In this document: positions 57,824-64,000 of the stretch, piece after piece
How positions within the stretch are numbered: the stretch's first letter is position 1
Layout: every line of letters begins with the position of its first letter
Assembly (NCBI GenBank): GCA_046484355.1
Contig: JAWOJD010000083.1
Span: 8,672 to 72,671, forward strand
DNA length: 64,000 bases
Reading direction: 5' to 3'
Origin: Thiobacillus sp.
Lineage (GTDB): Bacteria; Pseudomonadota; Gammaproteobacteria; Burkholderiales; Thiobacillaceae
Made by a program: the position numbers and the translations under genes
The notes under the pieces: generated by a model
The model's database searches: none
Told to the model about the DNA's origin: nothing
What the model saw: the letters and a program-made list of their open reading frames with translations, nothing else

Positions 57824-58413
57824 TTCCCGGGCAGGCTGCTGCCGTGAAAGACCAGGAACGCGCGTCCGTCCTCGAAGCGCAGGCGGCTCAGCGACGCGAC
57901 CGCCACTTCGACCCGATAGGCGTTGGCCAACGGGATGTGCAGCGCCCAGGCTAGCGCCATCCGGATTACCCCGGCATGGCCGACCAGCAGCACGTGCTGG
58001 CCGGCGTGTGCTGCAAGCAGATGCTCCAGTCCGGCGGCCACCCGCCCCTGGAAATCCGGCAGGGACTCGGCCCCTGCCGGGCGGGCATGCATCGGATCGG
58101 CCTTGAATCGCGCCAGCATGCCCGGCGATTCCTGGTCGATGTCGGCGGCCGATTTGCCCTCCCATTCCCCGAACCCGACTTCCTTGAGCCGGTTGTCCAG
58201 CGTCAGCGGCAGGCCATGCCGTTCGGACAGCGCCTCGGCAAACGCGCGGCACCGCACCAGCGGCGACGAGACGATCCGGCTCCACGGTGCGGCCTCGCCG
58301 ACGGCAGCATACATTTGCGCCCAGCCTGTTTCGGACAGCGGATCATCAATCTGGCCGCGATACCTGCGTCCGCCGACCGGCTCTCCGTGGCGCATCAAAT
58401 CCAGCGTGATCAA
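57820..58413 (-). CDS. Histidine phosphatase family protein (alpha-ribazole phosphatase CobC-like)
   Basis: 197 aa with the RHGE catalytic motif (LMRHGEP) and a downstream VGHAGVIR. Overlaps the btuF-like start. Confidence 0.7.
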   Translation of the reverse strand: MITLDLMRHGEPVGGRRYRGQIDDPLSETGWAQMYAAVGEAAPWSRIVSSPLVRCRAFAEALSERHGLPLTLDNRLKEVGFGEWEGKSAADIDQESPGMLARFKADPMHARPAGAESLPDFQGRVAAGLEHLLAAHAGQHVLLVGHAGVIRMALAWALHIPLANAYRVEVAVASLSRLRFEDGRAFLVFHGSSLPGK

Positions 58414-59534
58414 GCCAGCACCACCAGATTGTCGCGATGAATCAGTTCCGGCTCGTCCACGTAGCCAAGTTCGCTCTCGATTTGGCTGCTTGGCTTGCCC
58501 GCAATGCGACGCGCCTCGCTGGCGCTGTAATTGGCCAGCCCGCGCGCAATCTCGCGCCCCTCCAGATCGACGACCGCCACCACTTCGCCACGGTCGAATT
58601 CACCGGTAATGCCCTTGACGCCGACCGGCAACAGGCTCTTGCCCTCATCCGTCAAGGCGCGCACCGCGCCTTCGTCGAGCACCACGCCGCCGCGCAGTTG
58701 CAGATGGTCAGCCAGCCACTGACGTCGGGCCGCCAGCGGTGCGTGGCGCGCGACAAGCTGGCTGCCGATGGCCTCGCCCGATGCCAGCCGCAGCAACACG
58801 TTCGCCTCGCGTCCGCTGCAAATCACCGTATGGGCCCCGCTGCGCGCCGCGCGCTTGGCGGCAAGAATCTTGGTCAGCATGCCGCCGGTGCCGACGGTGC
58901 TGCCGGCCCCGCCTGCCATGCGTTCGAGTTCGGGATCCCCGGCGTGGGCCTCCATCACCAGGGTGGCGTCGGGCGTCTTGCGCGGGTCGGCGGTATACAG
59001 CCCAAGCTGGTCGGTAAGGATAATCAGGCAGTCGGCCTCGATCAGGTTGGTTACCAGCGCGCCCAGCGTGTCGTTGTCGCCAAGCCGGATTTCATCGGTA
59101 GCAACGGTGTCGTTTTCGTTGATGATCGGCACCACGCGCAGGTCGAGCAGCGTTCGCAGCGTGGAACGTGCATTCAGGTAGCGGGTGCGGTCGGCCAGGT
59201 CCTCATGGGTCAGCAGCACCTGTGCTGCGTGCAGGCCATGGGTGCGGAAAATCGATTCGTAGGCCTGGACCAGCCCCATCTGGCCCACGGCTGCCGCGGC
59301 CTGCAATTCCTTCACTGCCTTTGGCCGCTTTTTCCAGCCCAGCCGCGCAATGCCCTCTGCAATCGCACCGGAGGACACCAGCACCACTTCCTTTCCCTGC
59401 TTGGTCAGCGCCGCGATCTGCTCGGCCCAGCGCGACAGCGCCGCATGGTCGAGCCCGCGGCCTTCTGCGGTTACCAGGCTGGAACCGACCTTGACGACGA
59501 TGCGCCGCGCGTGTTTGACGACCGACACGCTCAT
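58410..59534 (-). CDS. proB: Glutamate 5-kinase
   Basis: Start at [19 protein letters not shown] (59534). Contains VLVSSGA and a C-terminal PUA domain. Confidence 0.95.
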   Translation of the reverse strand: MSVSVVKHARRIVVKVGSSLVTAEGRGLDHAALSRWAEQIAALTKQGKEVVLVSSGAIAEGIARLGWKKRPKAVKELQAAAAVGQMGLVQAYESIFRTHGLHAAQVLLTHEDLADRTRYLNARSTLRTLLDLRVVPIINENDTVATDEIRLGDNDTLGALVTNLIEADCLIILTDQLGLYTADPRKTPDATLVMEAHAGDPELERMAGGAGSTVGTGGMLTKILAAKRAARSGAHTVICSGREANVLLRLASGEAIGSQLVARHAPLAARRQWLADHLQLRGGVVLDEGAVRALTDEGKSLLPVGVKGITGEFDRGEVVAVVDLEGREIARGLANYSASEARRIAGKPSSQIESELGYVDEPELIHRDNLVVLA

Positions 59535-60037
59535 CGTGCCGCCTGCCGCAGATTCCGTACCGCTTCCTTGCCATCCCGGACGCGGATGCCGTTGGGGCAG
59601 AAAATATCCTCGAACAGCGCCTTCCGGTAGGACAGCAGCGAGCGCAGCTTGATGTTCTCCCACCCGGCGTTGCGCGCTTTCGACCAGGTGCCGTCCGGAT
59701 GGCCATAGGCATACAGGCGGCGTTCGGCAGATTCACAGCGCAGGCCTTCAAAGGAGATCGTTTTCGCCCCGCCCGCGGCTTCGACCACCACGGTATAGCG
59801 AACGACCTTGTCCTCGCCGACGCTGACCGACTCGGCGTCGACGAAATGCTTGTTCCGGGTCGCCGACGAGACATTGAACGGAATCAGGTTTTCGGCCTTG
59901 GGATACGCCGGCAGCTGCGCCGCCACCTCGACCCAGGGCTTGTCCTGTTCAAACTCGTAGTCAAACTGCCCCCACTCGGCATGGGCGACAAGGGGCAGAT
60001 AGAGCAGCAGGGCAGTCAGGATTTTCATGCCCGGCAT
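59531..60037 (-). CDS. Secreted CNP1-like family protein
   Basis: Signal peptide M(PGM)[16 protein letters not shown] (start 60037 or 60028). Contains FEQDKPWVE…[17 protein letters not shown]…[19 protein letters not shown]. Family assignment is from memory. Confidence 0.6.
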   Translation of the reverse strand: MPGMKILTALLLYLPLVAHAEWGQFDYEFEQDKPWVEVAAQLPAYPKAENLIPFNVSSATRNKHFVDAESVSVGEDKVVRYTVVVEAAGGAKTISFEGLRCESAERRLYAYGHPDGTWSKARNAGWENIKLRSLLSYRKALFEDIFCPNGIRVRDGKEAVRNLRQAAR

Positions 60038-60041
60038 TTTA

Positions 60042-61250
60042 TCAGCGGTATTGGTATTCACGACTGAACGGATAATTTGGCTGCTTTCCATCGATAGCCT
60101 TGCCTGCCAGCACCTGCCACAACTCCATCCAGCCGTGGTCGAAGGCATAGGCGGAACCCGCCATATAGATGCGCCAGATACGGTATTTCTGCTCGCCAAC
60201 CAGGCGGCGCGCCTCGTCGCTGCGTGCCTCCAGCCGCGTCACCCAGTGCCACAGTGTCTGGCCGTAATGCGGCCGCAGGTTTTCAGCGTCAAGACATTCA
60301 AGGCCGCTGCCTGAGGAAACGCGCATGGCCTCTGAAACGTGCACCAGCTCCCCGCCCGGAAAAACATAATCGTCGATGAATTCTGCGATGCCGCTTCCCA
60401 GGCCGCTGGCCGTGGGCGCGGCCGCAGTGATGCCGTGATTCAGGACCAGGCCACCGGGCTTCAGCAAGGTGGCGATGGTGCTGAAATAGGCGGCAAGATT
60501 CCGGCGCCCGACATGTTCGAACATGCCGACGCTTGCGATCTTGTCGAAGCCGCCGACCTCGGACACGTCACGGTAATCCATCCTGCGCACCTCGACCTTG
60601 CCGCTCAAGCCGAGGGCATCGATCTGCCGGCTGACATAGGCATGCTGATCCTCCGACAGCGTGACCCCCACGGCCTGAACGCCGTAGCGCGCCGCCGCGT
60701 GCAGCATCAGTCCGCCCCAGCCGCAACCGATGTCGAGAAAGTGTTCACCCGGCTTGAGATCAAGCTTGCGGCAGACGTGATCGAACTTGGCTTCCTGCGC
60801 GTCATCCAGGCTCATGTCCGGCGTCCTGAAATAGGCACAGGAATAGGCGCGCCGTGCATCCAGCCACAAACCGTAGAAATCGTTGGAGACGTCGTAGTGA
60901 TACTGGATGTTCTTGCGGTCTTCGGAGCGCGAATGGCGCCACCATTTCCAGCCATCCGATCCGGTTCGGGCGATGCATCCACCTGCGTTGCACAGGCTGT
61001 CACCCAACGCCAGAATATCGCGAACGTCGCCTTCCAGGTCGAGATCGCCCTCGACATAGGCCCGCGCCAGCGCGCCCAGGCTGGGGTGGGCCAGGGCCTT
61101 GAGGCTGGCCGGACGGTGCAGCTTCACCCGCACACGGGCGGTTCCGCTCTCGCCCAATTCCTGGCCATCCCACAATTCAACGACCAGCGGCAGGGCGTGG
61201 GCCTCAAGCCGGCGTTGGACCTGTTGAACCAGGAGTTCATCCAGCATCAC
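60042..61250 (-). CDS. Cyclopropane-fatty-acyl-phospholipid synthase family SAM-dependent methyltransferase
   Basis: 402 aa with HYDVSNDFY and the SAM motif FLDIGCGWGG. Confidence 0.88.
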   Translation of the reverse strand: MMLDELLVQQVQRRLEAHALPLVVELWDGQELGESGTARVRVKLHRPASLKALAHPSLGALARAYVEGDLDLEGDVRDILALGDSLCNAGGCIARTGSDGWKWWRHSRSEDRKNIQYHYDVSNDFYGLWLDARRAYSCAYFRTPDMSLDDAQEAKFDHVCRKLDLKPGEHFLDIGCGWGGLMLHAAARYGVQAVGVTLSEDQHAYVSRQIDALGLSGKVEVRRMDYRDVSEVGGFDKIASVGMFEHVGRRNLAAYFSTIATLLKPGGLVLNHGITAAAPTASGLGSGIAEFIDDYVFPGGELVHVSEAMRVSSGSGLECLDAENLRPHYGQTLWHWVTRLEARSDEARRLVGEQKYRIWRIYMAGSAYAFDHGWMELWQVLAGKAIDGKQPNYPFSREYQYR

Positions 61251-61310
61251 GCCCTCCTCTCGGGCAACAGGCGGATTCGTCGTTGTTTTTCTGACCGCCC
61301 GGTCAGGACT

Positions 61311-61895
61311 TCAGGACAGGTCGACCACCAGCGCGGCACGGACGTTGTCCGCGAGCATCATCGGTTCAACCTTGTAGGCGTCGAGATCAATCCCCATGCG
61401 GATCGGGCTGCCCGCCTTGGCCGCAGCGATCGAAGTGGCGTCAAGCTCGAAACGCAGGAAATGCACCGCCGAAGTCTTATCGGCATTCTCACGTTCCATG
61501 TCTTCGTCGGCAATCGCATGCACCCGGGGCTGCTCGGCCACCTGCACCCATACGCGGTCCTCGATGCCCTTCAGTTTTTCCAGCGCCACCTTGCGTTCGT
61601 CCGGGTCGGAATACTGGATCATCATGGTGACTTTCCAGTTGCTGCCGTCCGGTACCAGCGGATTATAGGCATCGAGCTCGTCCTGAATGCCGGCATCCTC
61701 GAACGTGCGCTCGGCGCGCAGCATTTCCTGAATCTGGTACCGCATGGTTTTCTCATCTTCGAAAATCAGCGTGACGTGGTCGCCCAGTTCGACCATGCGG
61801 TTCTTTTTGTGCGCCATGATCTCGGCGCGCAGGGTGGGGCGTACCTTGGCATACGCTTCCAGGGTCATCAGGCTGTCGCGGGTGATGTGCGGCAT
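61311..61895 (-). CDS. DUF3501 family protein
   Basis: 194 aa from [20 protein letters not shown] with an AGGAGA RBS. Contains [35 protein letters not shown]. Family assignment is from memory. Confidence 0.65.
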   Translation of the reverse strand: MPHITRDSLMTLEAYAKVRPTLRAEIMAHKKNRMVELGDHVTLIFEDEKTMRYQIQEMLRAERTFEDAGIQDELDAYNPLVPDGSNWKVTMMIQYSDPDERKVALEKLKGIEDRVWVQVAEQPRVHAIADEDMERENADKTSAVHFLRFELDATSIAAAKAGSPIRMGIDLDAYKVEPMMLADNVRAALVVDLS

Positions 61896-61917
61896 GTTGT
61901 TCTCCTTGCTTATCGGT

Positions 61918-63249
61918 TCATTCCAGGCCGTAGGCGATCCGCAGCAGCGTGATCGGGTGCTGCTTCTGCGCGGTGGCGGACTCGCCCATGCCCTGCAGGA
62001 TGTGACGCGCGGCAATCGCGCAATCGGAACTGACATAGTCGGGCGCGGGCTCGGCCATCTGGCGGAACACCGGCTTGCCGATCTTCATCGACTTGTCGAA
62101 GAACTCGCTCTTCACGCCCCAGGTGCCGTCGTGGCCCGAGCAGCGCTCGACCATGGTCACGTTGGCGCCAGCCAGCTGCAGCGCGTCGCGGGTCTTGTTG
62201 CCGATGTTCTGCACGCGCTGGTGGCAGGGCACGTGGTAGGCAACCTTGCCGAGCGGCGATCTGAAGTCGGTCTTCAGCAGGCCGTCGACGTTGCGCGCCA
62301 TCAGGTACTCGAACGGATCCCACATCGCCTCCTTCACCGCCTGCACGTCCGCGTCGTGCGGGAACATCAGCGGCAGTTCCTGCTTGTACATCAGCGTGCA
62401 CGACGGCACGGCCGTCAGAATCGCGTAGCCCTCGCGCGCAAGCTTCGCCAGATGCGGAATGTTGATCTCTTTGAGCTTCTGCACGGCGTCGAGGTCACCC
62501 AGTTCCAGCTTGGGCATGCCGCAACAGGCTTCCTTGTCCACCAGCACGGCGGGAATCTCATTGTGCGCCAGCAGCTTCAGCAGGTCGTGGCCAATGCCAG
62601 GCTCGTTGTAGTTGACATAGCAGGTGGCGTAGATTGCCACCTTGCCAGGCGTACGCTCACCCGCCTTGACCGCGAACTCGCTGTTCGGCCGGGCAGTGTC
62701 ACGGAATCTTGCGCTGTCGTATTCGGGCAACTGGCGGTCGGGATGGATATGCAACACGCTGTCGACGACCTTCCGCAGCGGTTTGCTCTTCAGGCTGGCG
62801 TTGACCGCCTGCACCACCACGGGAATCGACGCGAGCTTGCCCATCGCGTCGGTCGACGACAGCAGCTTGTCGCGGAACGTCGTTTCACCCTTCTTGAACT
62901 TGATGGCCTTGGCCCGCAGCATGACGTGCGGAAAGTCGATGTTCCACGGATGCGGCGGCACGTAGGGGCATTTGGTCATGTAGCAGAGGTCGCACAGGTA
63001 GCATTCATCCACCACCTTCATGAAGTCGGCCTTGTTGACGCCATCCACTTCCATCGTCGACGACTCGTCGACCAGGTCGAAAAGCGTCGGGAACGCGGTG
63101 CAGAGCGACACGCAGCGGCGACAGCCATGGCACGCGTCGAACACGCGCTCCAACTCATGATTGAGCTTCTCTTCGTTGTAAAAGTCCGGATTTTTCCAGT
63201 CGAGCGGGTGACGGGTCGGGGCTTCGAGGCTGCCTTCGCTTGTACTCAT
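61918..63249 (-). CDS. HdrD/GlpC-like Fe-S protein with two CCG-type cysteine-rich domains
   Basis: 443 aa with ferredoxin-type motifs [11 protein letters not shown] and [13 protein letters not shown]. The first CCG domain reads EACCGMP; the second is degenerate (ERCSGHDG). Confidence 0.8.
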   Translation of the reverse strand: MSTSEGSLEAPTRHPLDWKNPDFYNEEKLNHELERVFDACHGCRRCVSLCTAFPTLFDLVDESSTMEVDGVNKADFMKVVDECYLCDLCYMTKCPYVPPHPWNIDFPHVMLRAKAIKFKKGETTFRDKLLSSTDAMGKLASIPVVVQAVNASLKSKPLRKVVDSVLHIHPDRQLPEYDSARFRDTARPNSEFAVKAGERTPGKVAIYATCYVNYNEPGIGHDLLKLLAHNEIPAVLVDKEACCGMPKLELGDLDAVQKLKEINIPHLAKLAREGYAILTAVPSCTLMYKQELPLMFPHDADVQAVKEAMWDPFEYLMARNVDGLLKTDFRSPLGKVAYHVPCHQRVQNIGNKTRDALQLAGANVTMVERCSGHDGTWGVKSEFFDKSMKIGKPVFRQMAEPAPDYVSSDCAIAARHILQGMGESATAQKQHPITLLRIAYGLE

Positions 63250-63275
63250 GTTGGTATGTCCATCCCTGAAAGAAT

Positions 63276-63392
63276 TTATCCGCGAAGGGCGCGAAGCAAC
63301 ACGAAGAAAACCAAAAAGCCTAGCCTGAAACGGCCGGAGTCAAGTCAGGGGATTGCTTCTGCTTCGCGTCTCTTCGCGCCCTTTGCGGATAA
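63276..63392. repeat. 117-bp imperfect palindromic element between rubrerythrin and the CCG protein gene
   Basis: TTATCCGCGAAGGGCGCGAAG (63276-63296) pairs with CTTCGCGCCCTTTGCGGATAA (63372-63392), with one indel. CGAAG/CTTCG sub-repeats lie on the inner flanks. Confidence 0.7.
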
Positions 63393-63395
63393 AGC

Positions 63396-63423
63396 TTTTG
63401 AAAAGGGCGGGCACCGCCCGCCC
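63396..63423 (-). terminator. Rho-independent terminator of the rubrerythrin gene
   Basis: Minus strand reads GGGCGGG-cggtg-CCCGCCC-TTTTCAAAAG, 12 nt after the TAA. Confidence 0.7.
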
Positions 63424-63434
63424 AGCCTGGCTAA

Positions 63435-63854
63435 TTACGAGCCGAGGGTGTCCAGCGTCTTCTGGAACTTGTTGGCGTGCGAACGCTCGGCCTTGGCCAG
63501 CGTCTCGAACCAGTCGGCGATTTCGTCGAACCCTTCACCGCGTGCATCCTTGGCCATGCCGGGATACATGTCGGTGTATTCGTGGGTTTCGCCTGCAATC
63601 GCGGTCTTCAGGTTGTCGGCGGTGGGGCCGAAAGCCATGCCCGTCGCGGGATCGCCGCACTTTTCCAGATACTCCAGGTGGCCGTGCGCGTGGCCGGTTT
63701 CACCTTCGGCAGTCGAACGGAACACAGCAGCAACGTCGTTGTAGCCTTCCACGTCGGCCTTTGCTGCGAAGTAGAGGTAACGGCGGTTAGCCTGCGATTC
63801 GCCCGCGAAAGCGGCTTTCAGATGGTCTTCGGTTTTAGAGCCTTTGAGTTGCAT
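63435..63854 (-). CDS. Rubrerythrin-family diiron protein without a rubredoxin domain
   Basis: 139 aa with two E…ExxH ligand pairs ([19 protein letters not shown]; [15 protein letters not shown]). Confidence 0.88.
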   Translation of the reverse strand: MQLKGSKTEDHLKAAFAGESQANRRYLYFAAKADVEGYNDVAAVFRSTAEGETGHAHGHLEYLEKCGDPATGMAFGPTADNLKTAIAGETHEYTDMYPGMAKDARGEGFDEIADWFETLAKAERSHANKFQKTLDTLGS

Positions 63855-63971
63855 AAGCTGATCTCCTTGTGTTGATAAAGATATGCTGTGAAAGCATCGA
63901 GTCTTTCATCGCTGTCCGGCCGTCGAGATGAAACACAGGCGGCATGGCGAACAACGAGTGAAATCCGGTTT

Positions 63972-63986
63972 TTAGACTAAGTCTAA
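63972..63986. promoter_or_regulatory. Perfect 7-1-7 palindrome upstream of rubrerythrin (candidate Fur-family operator)
   Basis: TTAGACT-A-AGTCTAA lies about 120 nt upstream of the rubrerythrin ATG. It has the same 7-1-7 architecture as Fur/PerR/Zur boxes but a different sequence. Confidence 0.35.
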
Positions 63987-64000
63987 TACCTGAACGAAGA

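Noticed and set aside
56960-58285. Apparent long N-terminal extensions or fusions in the ORF track: btuF-like 441 aa, nuoF 502 aa, glmM 503 aa, bamE 459 aa, proB 417 aa, sdhA 599 aa, and others.
   Set aside because: The extensions overlap the preceding gene, are Arg/Pro/Gly-rich and carry no motifs. Internal starts give canonical N-termini, signal peptides or ATGA coupling with the upstream stop. They are treated as ORF-caller over-extension, not novel domains.

Overview
This is a core-chromosome window from a GC-rich bacterium (GC judged by eye, not computed). Gene order looks betaproteobacterial; this is an inference from synteny (sdhCDAB-sdhE-gltA, fur<>bamE-dapB, rlmE-ftsH-folP-glmM, carAB-greA, 14-gene nuo). 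The window is almost entirely housekeeping genes, mostly on the minus strand. In order: gltA (partial), sdhE, sdhBADC, a cytochrome c, malic enzyme, a compact flhB-flhA-flhF-flhG-fliA module, a full isc operon (iscRSUA-hscBA-fdx-iscX) preceded by trmJ and cysE, then suhB and mutS. Next come three small genes, nuoA-N, tRNA-Leu(GAG), secG, tpiA, pstSCAB, glmM, folP, ftsH, rlmE, yhbY and greA. The rest is carAB, a glutaredoxin, dapB, bamE, fur, btuF-like, cobC-like, proB, a CNP1-like gene, a cfa-family methyltransferase, and a DUF3501 / HdrD-like / rubrerythrin trio. I saw no CRISPR, IS/transposase, integrase, prophage or recognisable defence genes, so this is not an accessory island and I found no single dramatic novel system. 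Points that routine annotation does not explain: (1) FlhB lacks its whole NPTH switch domain, and the FlhG-like protein lacks the P-loop. (2) A DUF3050 (haem-oxygenase-like fold) gene sits inside the isc operon between hscA and fdx. (3) A 68-bp tandem duplication upstream of pstS doubles a Pho-box promoter and carries a fossil of the glmM 3-prime end. (4) BamE is fused to a long Pro/Ala linker and an NTF2-like domain. (5) The rubredoxin-less rubrerythrin + CCG Fe-S protein + DUF3501 cluster has its own palindromic elements. Family names for DUF proteins come from my memory of family consensus and need HMM confirmation.
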